Positions 34,208-44,056 of a stretch of 64,000 nucleotides of DNA are shown here, piece after piece. Under the pieces are notes generated by a model, which was not told the origin of the DNA, did not search any database, and was given only the letters and a program-made list of their open reading frames with translations. The position numbers and the translations under genes are program-made. The first letter of the stretch is position 1. Each line of letters begins with the position of its first letter. The DNA lies in the NCBI GenBank assembly GCA_011174845.1, contig DUEW01000080.1, positions 1,536-65,535 on the forward strand, written 5' to 3'. The stretch is from Anaerolineae bacterium (GTDB taxonomy: Bacteria > Chloroflexota > Anaerolineae > Anaerolineales > E44-bin32).

Positions 34208-36650
34208 ATTCTGTTCTTTTGATGATGTCTTCTTGTACTTCGGGCATTAATGAAGTGAAGAGGGCGCAGTAACCGGCGACCCTGACCATCAGATTGGGAT
34301 ACTTGTGTGGGTTTTCCTTGGCATCGATGAGGATGTCTAGATCGATGACGTTAAACTGGACGTGAAAACCACCGATCTGACGGAAAGCCTCGAGGAAGTA
34401 CACAAATTTGTCCAGGTTATCGTCACCTTCTAACAAACCTGGGCTAAATTTCATGTTCAACAGTTGCCCGCCGGCCATCTTCGTATTTGGTAGCTTTGAG
34501 ATCGATTTTGCTGCGGCCGTTGGACCTTCTCTATCCGCTCCGCGGCACATCGAAGCGCCTTCGTTCAATGGCTCTCCTGCCAACCTGCCATCTGGCGTGG
34601 CCCCGACATCCATCCCATAGGGGACATTAGAAGAGATGTTGGAAGTTGACATGGTGTAGCCGCATCCGATCGGACCTCTGCCGTAGCGCTCATTTTGATA
34701 TCCGGGCAAGAGCTCTAGATAGGATTCGTACACTGAGACCACGATCTCATCCACATAATCTTCATCGTTGCCGAATTTTGGGGCTGATTTGGCCATCTTC
34801 TGTATCTTGCGTGCTTGAACTCCCTGCCAATTCTCAGCCATTGCCTGCTTGAGTTCGTCTAGGGTCAGGACTTCATCGTCGAAAACTAATTTCTTGATCG
34901 CGGCCAAGGAATCGCCTACAGTTGTAGGTCCGACCGTGGAGTGGCTGATGTAATCATAGGTCGCGCCTCCGTCTTTGAGGGTTGAACCTCGTTCAAGACA
35001 ATCGTCCACGAGAGAAGATGCGAAGGGATCCTTGTCGTGCTTTTGGAGTGATCGATCGCAGATTCGATCGCTCTCGACAGCCAGATCGGTGTAAAACTTC
35101 AAGAATTTTTTCCAGGCCTTAAATAAATCATCGTAGGAATAGAATTCTGCCTGTTGATCCTTCTCGCCGTCGACGCTGATGAGCTGGAGCCCGGTCTTGG
35201 GATCGACGCCGTTGTTCAACACCAGTTCGAGGATCTTTCCCATGTTAATGTAGGTCATACCTGTCGCTCGATGTGTCCACTTTCCTGGAATGCCGACCTC
35301 CACACACCCGATGGAGGCGTAGTCGCGAGCCACCTTTACAGGTATGTCAATGTAGCTTAATGCCTTGATCACCGTCTCGTCTCCAAACAAGGAGGGCATT
35401 CCGAAGCCTTTTCGGATAAGTGTGGCGGATTCAACGAGCAGTCGTCTCGGGCTACCTTCCCAGTAGCGAACCGAGAAGTTGGGCTCGGGCAATCGGACCT
35501 GATCGACGGCTTGGATGCAGAGGTAAGAGAGTGAATTGGTCCCGTCTGTGCCGTCGGGTTTGATGCCGCCGACCATGAGGTTTGAATAGAGAGGATAGCC
35601 GACTCCGAATTCGGTATGATCCCATGGCCTTACCTTGTTTAACACATTCAGCTTAATGAAAAAGAGCGACAAGAGTTCTAACGCTTCTTCCTGCCCCAGT
35701 TTCCCTTCTTCGATATCAGCCTGATAGAAGGGGCACATGTATTGATCAAACCTGCCAAACGAGAAGGAATGGCCGTTGCTTTCGATCATCATGATCAGGT
35801 GGCAGAAATACACCATTTGTAGGGCTTCGTGGAATGATGTCGGAGCGTTCTCCGGGATCCGGTCGCAGATGTGAGCGATGGTTTCCAGCTCCTGTCTTCT
35901 TCTCGCATCCTTCTCCTCAACGGCTCGTTTTCTTGCCTCATCGGCATATCTCTTTGCGAACTTAATCGAGGCATTGAGTGCGATGACCGCCGCTTGGTAG
36001 AACTCCTTCTTGCTTTCTGCAGTTGGATCGGATTTATCGAGCTCGGAAAGCTTTTTTTCTGCCTCATCGATGTACCATCCCAATCCCTTGGTTAGGATCT
36101 TCTTGTGGTTAGGGATGATGTGACCATCGCCTGACATACTGATTCCGCCGCGATGAATGACACCCTGTCTTTCGGCAAGCTCATTGGTTGGGGTCATAGT
36201 CCGGGAGACTTCATCCTGGTGTGTTTTCCCTTTCCAATACGCATGAATGCTCTTAAGACTTTCTTTTGTCCTATTGCTTATCGCGAATACATCCCCTGGG
36301 CGTTTATCGAAGGTGTCCAATTCCTCGATGATCCATTCGATCGAATATTCGGGGAAGATCGGCGCTGCTCTTCCCCTGCTGGCTTGATTCCCCACGATCA
36401 ATTGATCGTCTTCGATATAGATCGACATTTCACTCAAGATTCTGTTCAACGCTTTTGCTCTCCTGAGGATCATCGGAAGCCCTTCGGTCTCTTTGTAGGC
36501 CTCGGTGATGATCGCGGCTCTCTCGGGACAGATCATAGGCGTGAGGCGCATCAGGTCCTCTCGAACCTTCGCAACCCGTTTCAGTCTCTTAGTCTCGCGA
36601 TCACGCACAAGAGCAGGTTGAGCGTTCATAACATTTATCCTCGCGTCCAT
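34194..36650 (-). CDS. Glycyl radical enzyme of the dehydratase/lyase (GCVE) clade, substrate unknown
   Basis: 818-aa ORF. C-terminal glycyl radical motif RVAGYCALF and thiyl loop SIGCVEVG (Cys-x-Glu as in glycerol dehydratase/CutC/HypD, not the CC of PFL). ESNGHSFSFGRFDQYMCPFY and the N-terminal ERAAIITEAYKETEGLPMILRRAKAL resemble B12-independent diol dehydratases. Confidence 0.85.
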   Translation of the reverse strand: MDARINVMNAQPALVRDRETKRLKRVAKVREDLMRLTPMICPERAAIITEAYKETEGLPMILRRAKALNRILSEMSIYIEDDQLIVGNQASRGRAAPIFPEYSIEWIIEELDTFDKRPGDVFAISNRTKESLKSIHAYWKGKTHQDEVSRTMTPTNELAERQGVIHRGGISMSGDGHIIPNHKKILTKGLGWYIDEAEKKLSELDKSDPTAESKKEFYQAAVIALNASIKFAKRYADEARKRAVEEKDARRRQELETIAHICDRIPENAPTSFHEALQMVYFCHLIMMIESNGHSFSFGRFDQYMCPFYQADIEEGKLGQEEALELLSLFFIKLNVLNKVRPWDHTEFGVGYPLYSNLMVGGIKPDGTDGTNSLSYLCIQAVDQVRLPEPNFSVRYWEGSPRRLLVESATLIRKGFGMPSLFGDETVIKALSYIDIPVKVARDYASIGCVEVGIPGKWTHRATGMTYINMGKILELVLNNGVDPKTGLQLISVDGEKDQQAEFYSYDDLFKAWKKFLKFYTDLAVESDRICDRSLQKHDKDPFASSLVDDCLERGSTLKDGGATYDYISHSTVGPTTVGDSLAAIKKLVFDDEVLTLDELKQAMAENWQGVQARKIQKMAKSAPKFGNDEDYVDEIVVSVYESYLELLPGYQNERYGRGPIGCGYTMSTSNISSNVPYGMDVGATPDGRLAGEPLNEGASMCRGADREGPTAAAKSISKLPNTKMAGGQLLNMKFSPGLLEGDDNLDKFVYFLEAFRQIGGFHVQFNVIDLDILIDAKENPHKYPNLMVRVAGYCALFTSLMPEVQEDIIKRTEYAGF

Positions 36651-36700
36651 GAATTACCTAGTACTAGCTCACGATGAAAACGATGCATCCCAAAAATGAA

Positions 36701-36877
36701 GTCATCCTGAACCCTTCGACAAGCTCCCTTCGGCGAGCTCAGGACAAGCAGGACATAGCCAGTCGAAGGATGACGCATAACTGTTGTGTGCACCCTTCAA
36801 CCCTTCGACAAGCTCCCTTCGGCGAGCTCAGGACAAGCAGGACAGGCAGGGCAATGCAGGCTCAGGGTGCTTTTTTT
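36701..36877. repeat. Bipartite palindromic element, family A, expanded copy with a 44-bp module inserted in each hairpin
   Basis: GTCATCC (36701-36707) pairs with GGATGAC (36768-36774). GCACCCT (36790-36796) pairs with AGGGTGC (36864-36870), followed by T7. The 44-bp module CCCTTCGACAAGCTCCCTTCGGCGAGCTCAGGACAAGCAGGACA is present twice, identically, at 36712-36755 and 36801-36844. Confidence 0.85.
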
Positions 36878-37187
36878 GCGGTTATGAAACAAATCTGAGC
36901 TGACAAAGCACTAGTGTGTTCCTCTCTTGATTGACCTTAGTGAAGCATGTGCCTCCATGATCAATTCGCAGTTTACATGGATGTTTCATCGTCCACACGC
37001 TCAAGTATAGACCACGATATCCAATTCCTATCCATGAGGGTGTAATACGATGGGAAGTAGGTCGAGATGTATGGGTCAAATGGCCACCGCTAAGGATGGT
37101 GTAGGTCATCGAAAAGGAATCTCTTGAGGAGATTGGAGGAACCGAAATGTTAGGATTGGTCGGACAGGGTTAAACACATCCCAAGAC

Positions 37188-37358
37188 TTATCGAAGTATC
37201 AACCATACAATCGCTCCAAGCGCCAATATGGAGATGCATCCACAGGTAAAAAAGCGCATGGTGAAGCGAAGCAAGAACTTCAGGATGATCCAGGCGACAC
37301 CCAAGCCGACCAGGATCAGAACGGCATATAGGAGGTTAGATCCTTCAAGTAGATTCAT
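37188..37358 (-). CDS. Hypothetical 56-aa two-TM membrane peptide, translationally coupled to hutI
   Basis: Below the ORF-track cutoff. The minus-strand ATG at 37358 overlaps the hutI TGA (ATGA overlap). Translation: MNLLEGSNLLYAVLILVGLGVAWIILKFLLRFTMRFFTCGCISILALGAIVWLILR. Confidence 0.35.
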   Translation of the reverse strand: MNLLEGSNLLYAVLILVGLGVAWIILKFLLRFTMRFFTCGCISILALGAIVWLILR

Positions 37359-38638
37359 ATGATCTCCTCGCCTCCCCGTGAGAATACAATCTTACCGCGT
37401 TTTATGACCGTCATAACCAAGTTTACCCCGAAGCGGTAGCCTAAATGTCGGTAGTCTGGTGCTTCTACGATTAAGACGTCCGCTTGTTTGCCAGGTTCCA
37501 AACTCCCGATCCTGTCTGCTCGTGCGATCGCCGCCGCAGCGTTGATCGTTGCTGCGGCGATGGCTTGCGCCGGAGTGAGGTGCATATAGCGACAGGCCAA
37601 AGCGATCGGGAACTGCATACTCTCACACCATGCAGTGCCAGGATTGAGGTCGGTAGCCAGGGCGAGAATCCCTCCCGCCTCGAGAATGGCTTTTGCGGGT
37701 GTATAGACGTTTTCGGCCAAGCCGAAAGGCGTACAGGGGAGTGAGACGGCCACCGTTTGAGACGATCCGAGGGCTTCGATATCGCCCTGCGGGGTATGGA
37801 CGAGATGGTCGGCCGAGGTCGATCCCAATTCGACCGCAAGAAGCGTGCCGCCGAGGCCGTCAAACTCATCGGCATGAATCTTTAAGGGGAATCCCAATTC
37901 CTTGGCGCGTTCCAAGATGCGTCGGCTTTGGTCGAGGTCGAATGCGCCGGTTTCACAAAACACGTCGACGAAAGGCAGCGGTCGCTCGGCAGCGTTCTCC
38001 TCCCACCAGTTCACCAGCCTAGTCAGCATCTCATTGCAGATCAGATCGATGTAGTCTTCTGTTTGGCCAGAGTATTCAGCCGGTATTGCGTGGGCACCGA
38101 GGAAAGTTGGGATCAATTCTACGGCGTGCTCGTCGTCGAGGCGAAGGATCGCCTCCAGCATCCGCAATTCAGTTTCGGTCTCGAGTCCATACCCGGTCTT
38201 TACTTCTGCGGTCGTCGTGCCGTGCGACAACATGCGATTTAATCGCCCTCGCGCCTGAGCGACGAGATCGTCGACGCTTGCGGCACGAGTTTGGCGTACA
38301 GTTGAGAGGATCCCACCGCCGGCGTTCATGATTTCCATATAGCTGGCGCCTGCCAGACGCATTTCGAACTCCGCCGCCCGATCGCCGGCCCAGACGAGGT
38401 GGGTGTGGGGATCTACAAAGCCGGGCATGACCACCCGACCTGTCGCGTCGATTTCCTGTGCCGCTTGATATTGCTTACCCAATTTGGGGGATGGACCGAG
38501 GGCGATGATTTTCTCGCCCACGATAGCAACGGCTCCGTTCTCAATGATCCTGAGCTCTCCTAATTTCTGGCCGCTTTGTGGGCCGCCGGTTAATGTAAGG
38601 ATTTGTGAAGCGTTATGGATTAACAGGTCTGCGTTCAT
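37355..38638 (-). CDS. hutI: Imidazolonepropionase
   Basis: 427-aa ORF. Amidohydrolase motifs MPGFVDPHTHLVWAGDRAAEFEMRLAGASYMEI, KIHADEF and TDLNPGT. Confidence 0.88.
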   Translation of the reverse strand: MNADLLIHNASQILTLTGGPQSGQKLGELRIIENGAVAIVGEKIIALGPSPKLGKQYQAAQEIDATGRVVMPGFVDPHTHLVWAGDRAAEFEMRLAGASYMEIMNAGGGILSTVRQTRAASVDDLVAQARGRLNRMLSHGTTTAEVKTGYGLETETELRMLEAILRLDDEHAVELIPTFLGAHAIPAEYSGQTEDYIDLICNEMLTRLVNWWEENAAERPLPFVDVFCETGAFDLDQSRRILERAKELGFPLKIHADEFDGLGGTLLAVELGSTSADHLVHTPQGDIEALGSSQTVAVSLPCTPFGLAENVYTPAKAILEAGGILALATDLNPGTAWCESMQFPIALACRYMHLTPAQAIAAATINAAAAIARADRIGSLEPGKQADVLIVEAPDYRHLGYRFGVNLVMTVIKRGKIVFSRGGEEII

Positions 38639-39030
38639 GGTGGTTTATATAGATTCGATCTCGGCCTAGCCGTTCCATTTGATTTGGGTAAAGGTAGTAC
38701 CGTTGATAATTGTACCTTTAGGATGTGTCCAAGCAACTCTCGTGATGGCTGTTCGGCGTTAGTTCAGAAATTCTAAAGCACCTGCTATCCAGGTAGGGGA
38801 TTGTCGAAGCATTAGGGCAATCAGGCCTCACGAGAGGTTGGATAGATGTTACATTCCGCTTAACAGGAACGGGTAGGATTGCGCATATAATAGGGTTTGT
38901 TTTAATCGCGTGAAGAACCCAAGGATCGAACGGATTTCCACCCTTTGAACGATGGTGATATCCTAAGGTGATGGGTTTCAGATTGGAACACATGCAACGA
39001 TCTCAAACAATTTTTAAACCGGAGGAATGA

Positions 39031-40368
39031 ATGGTAAGAAGACGAGTGATCATCATTGGTGCAGCTGGTAGGGACTTTCATAATTTCAACACCTTCTATC
39101 GCGACAACGACCGTTACGAGGTTGTCGCCTTTACTGCCGCTCAAATTCCGGACATCGAAGATCGCAGGTATCCACCTGACTTGGCTGGAAAGTTGTATCC
39201 GGAGGGCATCCCCATTCATGCGGAGGGGGATCTTCCAAAGCTGATCAAGGAGATGGACATCGACGAATGTGTTTTTTCTTATAGTGACGTCTCTTATCAG
39301 CATGTGATGTCCGTTGGTGCCATCGTGGAGGCTGCCGGAGCGAGCTTTGTGATGCTGGGCCCCAAGGACACGCAAATCGAGAGCTCGAAACCGGTCATTT
39401 CCGTCGGCGCGGTTCGGACGGGCTGCGGCAAAAGCCAGACCGCACGCAGGATCATTGAGATTCTGATGGAGAAGGGCTTGAAGGTTGTGGCGATTCGCCA
39501 CCCCATGCCCTATGGCGACCTTGTAGCGCAACGAGTGCAACGATTTGCAGAACTGGCCGACTTGGATAAGCATAAATGCACCATCGAGGAGATGGAGGAG
39601 TATGAACCGCACATCGTTCGTGGCAACGTTATCTACGCCGGCGTCGATTATGAGGCCATCTTGAGAGAAGCCGAGCGTGACCCTCGAGGCTGTGATGTGA
39701 TCGTGTGGGATGGCGGCAATAACGATTTCCCGTTCTACAACTCCGATCTTCATGTGACGGTGGTCGATCCGCATCGGCCGGGTCATGAAATAACCTACTA
39801 CCCGGGAGAGATCACATTAAGGATCGCCGATGTCGTCGTCATCAACAAAATGGACAGCGCAAACCCTGCCGATGTCGAGACCGTGCGCAGAAACATCGCT
39901 TCAAGAAACCCCGCTGCGACGGTCATCGATGCCGCATCAGACCTTACGATCGACGATCCCTCTGTAGTCAAAGGAAAGACTGTCCTAGCGATCGAGGACG
40001 GACCAACCCTCACCCACGGGGGGATGAAGGTCGGTGCGGCTGTTGTTGCTGCACAACGGTTTGGCGCCATTGGTTTCGTTGACCCGCGACCGTATACAGT
40101 GGGCACACTTACCGAGACATTTGAAATCTATCCGGAGATCGGAATGGTATTGCCAGCCATGGGGTATGGCGAACAACAGTTAAAAGACCTTGAAACAACG
40201 ATAAACAACATCGAATGTGATGCGGTGGTCATTGGCACGCCCATCGATCTCAGTCGTATCATCGACATCAAGAAGCCATACACGCGTGTTTACTATAACC
40301 TGCAGGAGATCGGACGACCGAACCTGATCGACGTGCTGCAGAAGTTTATCAGGGAGAAAATCAGTTAA
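39031..40368 (+). CDS. P-loop protein of the COG2403 / cyclic 2,3-diphosphoglycerate-synthetase-like family
   Basis: 445-aa ORF. N-terminal Rossmann-like RVIIIGAAGRDFHNF and a P-loop-like VRTGCGKSQT. General resemblance to the predicted-GTPase/cDPG synthetase family. Function unknown. Confidence 0.5.
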   Translation: MVRRRVIIIGAAGRDFHNFNTFYRDNDRYEVVAFTAAQIPDIEDRRYPPDLAGKLYPEGIPIHAEGDLPKLIKEMDIDECVFSYSDVSYQHVMSVGAIVEAAGASFVMLGPKDTQIESSKPVISVGAVRTGCGKSQTARRIIEILMEKGLKVVAIRHPMPYGDLVAQRVQRFAELADLDKHKCTIEEMEEYEPHIVRGNVIYAGVDYEAILREAERDPRGCDVIVWDGGNNDFPFYNSDLHVTVVDPHRPGHEITYYPGEITLRIADVVVINKMDSANPADVETVRRNIASRNPAATVIDAASDLTIDDPSVVKGKTVLAIEDGPTLTHGGMKVGAAVVAAQRFGAIGFVDPRPYTVGTLTETFEIYPEIGMVLPAMGYGEQQLKDLETTINNIECDAVVIGTPIDLSRIIDIKKPYTRVYYNLQEIGRPNLIDVLQKFIREKIS

Positions 40369-40565
40369 GCGTATTCAGTAATCGATCAGTTTCTTAGAAC
40401 GCAAATATCTTCGTCTATGGAACAGGATTTATCCTAGCTTTTAAATAAATGTGTGTGTAGCTTGATAGAAACCTTCTCAGTTTCATCAGGAAAATGTGTC
40501 GTAAGTAACTTTTATGTCCCAAGCTTTATAAACGATACTTCAAATACACGCCGGAGGCCAGGATC

Positions 40566-41513
40566 ATGCCGTCGAAAAAAGTGGCAGTCGTAGCCGTTGG
40601 GGGAAACTCGCTCATCAAAGACAAAAGCCATCAAACGGTTCCCGATCAGTATGCCGCATCGGCTGAGTCAATGGCTCACATCGCGGATATGATTGAAGCG
40701 GATTGGGATGTCGTCATTACACATGGTAACGGTCCACAGGTTGGCTTCATCCTCAGACGATCAGAACTTGCTTTGCACGAGCTGCATCCTGTTCCGCTTG
40801 ATTACTGTGGTGCAGATACGCAAGGCGCGATAGGCTATATGTTCCAGCAGGCGCTCTACAATGAGTTTCGTCAGCGCGGGATGGATAAACAAGCTGCGAC
40901 GGTCGTGACTCAGGTATTGGTAGACAGCAAGGACCCTGCTTTTGTACATCCTACCAAGCCCATCGGATCATTCATGGATGAATCCGCCGCTGTCAAACAC
41001 CGCGACAAAGAAGGATGGTCGGTGGTGGAGGATGCCGGACGAGGCTGGCGGCGGGTGGTCCCCTCACCGATCCCGGTGAGAATCGTCCAACGAGATGCCA
41101 TCCTGGCCTTGATCAAAGCCGGCTTTGTGGTCATTGGGGTAGGGGGTGGTGGGATCCCGGTTGTTGAAGATGAGAAAGGTAATCTTATCGGTGTCGAGGC
41201 GGTGATCGACAAGGATTTTGCCTCCGCGTTATTAGCGTCAAGCATCCAGGCGGATCTGTTCTTGATCTCAACCGCGATCGAGAAAGTGGCCCTCAACTTC
41301 AACAAACCGGATCAAAGTTGGTTGGATCGGGTCACGTTGGTTGAAGCTAAGCGATACCTTGTCGAGGGGCACTTTGCAAAGGGAAGCATGGAACCTAAAG
41401 TTCAGGCCATCATCGGTTATTTGGAGGATGGTGGAAAACAAGCGATCGTGACAACCCCAGAGAACATCGGCCGGGCGTTGGCTGGCGAGACGGGCACTCA
41501 TTTCGTTCCATAA
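40566..41513 (+). CDS. arcC: Carbamate kinase
   Basis: 315-aa ORF. Motifs KVAVVAVGGNSL, ITHGNGPQVG and GGGGIPVV, plus the typical amino-acid-kinase fold layout. Confidence 0.88.
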   Translation: MPSKKVAVVAVGGNSLIKDKSHQTVPDQYAASAESMAHIADMIEADWDVVITHGNGPQVGFILRRSELALHELHPVPLDYCGADTQGAIGYMFQQALYNEFRQRGMDKQAATVVTQVLVDSKDPAFVHPTKPIGSFMDESAAVKHRDKEGWSVVEDAGRGWRRVVPSPIPVRIVQRDAILALIKAGFVVIGVGGGGIPVVEDEKGNLIGVEAVIDKDFASALLASSIQADLFLISTAIEKVALNFNKPDQSWLDRVTLVEAKRYLVEGHFAKGSMEPKVQAIIGYLEDGGKQAIVTTPENIGRALAGETGTHFVP

Positions 41514-41593
41514 ACCAGATAGCCAAGACAGAAATACGACACGTAAACATTTTTATCGAGAGCGAGCGCATTGGATCAGGAGGTCGTGACCAC

Positions 41594-42262
41594 GTGAAAC
41601 TTATTTGTGGATTGTGCAAAATCCATGCCTGTCGTTTCGGATCTGGCGCGAGTGATCTTCCTAAGTACTGCGTGATGCTGGAAAAGGATGAGGAGATCGA
41701 GACGATCTTCCGAGAGGCAAGCCAGGCCTATATGACGGAGGGTGAGTCTCGCACATTGGCTTTGGCTGCGGCGAGAACGGAAGCAGCAGGCTACCTACGT
41801 TGGCCACGAGTTCAGGAAGTGATGGATTTTGCTTGGCGGATTCAAGCAAATCACCTAGGGATCGCCAGCTGTATCGGTCTCATCGAAGAGGCCGGTATCC
41901 TCCATCGACTGCTCGAGGCGAACGGCTTCCGAGTCTCCAGCGTATGCTGCAAGGTAGGGTCGATCCCAAAGACCGAGGTCGGCCTTACGCTTGATGAGAC
42001 CCTTCGTTCAGACGAGTCCGAACCACTTTGCAATCCAATTGGTCAGGCGCAGTTATTAAACGCGGCAGGTACGGATTTGAACATCTTGGTCGGGCTCTGT
42101 GTCGGGCATGATACGTTGTTCTTGAGAAATTCGCGAGCGCCGGCTACGGTGTTGGTTGTCAAAGACCGAGTAACGGGTCACAATCCGGCTGCGGCTCTTT
42201 ATACAAGTCATTCCTATTATCAGCGTCTTGGTCAGTGGAAGAACGATAGGGATAAGGAGTGA
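41594..42262 (+). CDS. Cys-rich DUF1847-like metal-binding protein
   Basis: 222-aa ORF (GTG start). N-terminal CGLCKIHAC, later SCIGLIEE, VCCKVGS and LVGLCVGHD, a pattern typical of DUF1847. Assignment is by eye. Confidence 0.5.
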   Translation: MKLICGLCKIHACRFGSGASDLPKYCVMLEKDEEIETIFREASQAYMTEGESRTLALAAARTEAAGYLRWPRVQEVMDFAWRIQANHLGIASCIGLIEEAGILHRLLEANGFRVSSVCCKVGSIPKTEVGLTLDETLRSDESEPLCNPIGQAQLLNAAGTDLNILVGLCVGHDTLFLRNSRAPATVLVVKDRVTGHNPAAALYTSHSYYQRLGQWKNDRDKE

Positions 42263-42644
42263 GGAATAATCCCCTTGATAATCCCAGTATGTTGTTTTAC
42301 TTGCTTGCATTTGGCAGGTTGGATCTCGGTACCACGAAAATACAATTCCAATCCGAGGAGTACGCCCAATAGACCTTGGAAGAGAGATCACCGTCAAGGG
42401 AATGAGTTCTCTAGACGGATGTGGATCTGGTGTGTGAGGTAGCGGTAAAGGATCAACAAGCTGAATGGGCTTCCTATACTTGCTTGAGGCAGGGGAGAGT
42501 TGAACAAGACTTGCTAAGCCACTTCATAGAAAGAGGCAGAAATTGTGGTGAACCGTTTAATCCTCCCCGATGACTGCAAAATGTGGTGACAATCTATAAT
42601 GTGATAAGTTCTCGGCAATGGCTTTTTTGACAGGAGAGATAGAG

Positions 42645-44033
42645 ATGTCAAGAGTAGAACAAAAGATCAAAGATCTCGCCCGGCATACATACGGTACCTG
42701 GAGAAGACAGGACTTATGGAAACAGCCTCTGCTCATCGAAGATGCAGAGGGTATCTATATGTATGATGCCAACAGCAAGCGCTACATGGATTTCTCGTCT
42801 CAGTTGATGTGCTCCAACCTTGGCCACAAGAACAAAGCTGTCATGGAAGCTATCGTCAAGCAAGCAGAAAAGCTTCCCTACATTGCGCCGGGTTTCACGA
42901 CGCAGGCCTCTATTGACGCAGTGGAGGCTTTACGCACTGTCATGCCGAAGGGCTTGGAGATGTTCTTCTTCTCCACTTCTGGCACCGAGGCAAATGAAGC
43001 AGCGCTCAAAATGGTGAGGCAGTGCAAGGCGCCTAACTACAAGATTCTGTCGCGCTATCGCTCCTATCACGGTGCCACGGTCGCAAGTCTTACTTTCACC
43101 GGAGATACAAGGAGAATCTTGGCTGAAAGAGCAAGATGTACCATCGATGGGGTGCGGTTTGCCCCCGATGCTTACTGCTACCGCTGTCCCTTTAACTTGA
43201 AACACCCCACTTGCGGCATTCAATGTGCACGTTATGTGGATTACATGATCCGGGAAGAAGGCAATGTTGCAGCCATCATTGTCGAACCTGTGGTTGGGAC
43301 AAATGGCAGGATCGTTCCACCACCTGAATATTTCCCCCTTCTGCGAGAGATCTGTGACGAGAACGATGTTCTCCTCATCGTAGATGAGGTGATGACTGGC
43401 TGGTATCGGACCGGAAAGGCATTTGCCATTGAACATTGGAACGTCACACCCGATATATTAACTATGGCAAAGGGATGCACGGCGGCTTATGCACCTGCAG
43501 GTGTTACCGTAACAACGAGAGCGATCGCAGATTTCTTTGAAGAAGAAACCTTCGATCATGGACACACCTATGCCTATCATCCGTTGGTTCTCTCGGCTAT
43601 CCCAGCAGCGGTGGCGGAATACGAAAAGCTCGTGAAAAGCGGTCACCCCCAGCGCGTCAGTGACCACCTGAAAAATAAGCTTTTCGAACTCGGTGAAGGT
43701 CATCCATGTATCGGTGATGTTCGCGGAATAGGGCACTTTTGGGCGCTCGAACTCGTGAAGAACCGGGAAACGAAGGAGCCCTTTAATGTGAAAGCGGACA
43801 AGTTCAGCAGGAAGATCCTGGTCACGAACAAAGTCGCCGCGGATGCAATGGACCAAGGTTTATATGTGCTCGCATGGTATGACACCATGATCGTCGCACC
43901 ACCGCTGATCATCACCGAGGCCGAAGTGGATGAAGCGATTAGGATCCTGGACAAGTCGCTTACGATCGCAGACGAAGAGACTGTGACCACCGACGTTCCT
44001 CTATCGAAAAGTAGTGAATTCGTGACAATCTAA
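42645..44033 (+). CDS. Class-III (omega) aminotransferase, PLP-dependent
   Basis: The ORF is open from 42618, but ATG 42645 has the RBS AGGAGA 8 nt upstream. Motifs SGTEANEAALKM and LLIVDEVMTGWYRTGKAFA, plus MAKG containing the PLP lysine. Confidence 0.85.
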   Translation: MSRVEQKIKDLARHTYGTWRRQDLWKQPLLIEDAEGIYMYDANSKRYMDFSSQLMCSNLGHKNKAVMEAIVKQAEKLPYIAPGFTTQASIDAVEALRTVMPKGLEMFFFSTSGTEANEAALKMVRQCKAPNYKILSRYRSYHGATVASLTFTGDTRRILAERARCTIDGVRFAPDAYCYRCPFNLKHPTCGIQCARYVDYMIREEGNVAAIIVEPVVGTNGRIVPPPEYFPLLREICDENDVLLIVDEVMTGWYRTGKAFAIEHWNVTPDILTMAKGCTAAYAPAGVTVTTRAIADFFEEETFDHGHTYAYHPLVLSAIPAAVAEYEKLVKSGHPQRVSDHLKNKLFELGEGHPCIGDVRGIGHFWALELVKNRETKEPFNVKADKFSRKILVTNKVAADAMDQGLYVLAWYDTMIVAPPLIITEAEVDEAIRILDKSLTIADEETVTTDVPLSKSSEFVTI

Positions 44034-44056
44034 ATCGGACGACAAGGAGAATGGTC

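Noticed and set aside
36674-37109. ORFs 36674..36898(+) and 36882..37109(-) upstream of the GRE gene
   Set aside because: The first is a read-through of the palindromic repeat modules; it encodes the repeated PSTSSLRRAQDKQD twice. The second has no RBS or motif. I treat the region as non-coding repeat DNA.
38902-39786. 294-aa ORF on the minus strand
   Set aside because: It lies entirely antisense to the well-supported 445-aa plus-strand gene (39031..40368). It has no recognisable motifs and the odd composition typical of a shadow ORF in GC-rich coding DNA.
42618-42644. Upstream ATG 42618 as the aminotransferase start
   Set aside because: The Shine-Dalgarno AGGAGA lies inside this extension and is correctly spaced for ATG 42645. 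The extension adds only MAFLTGEIE, with no homology expectation. I kept it as a possible alternative.
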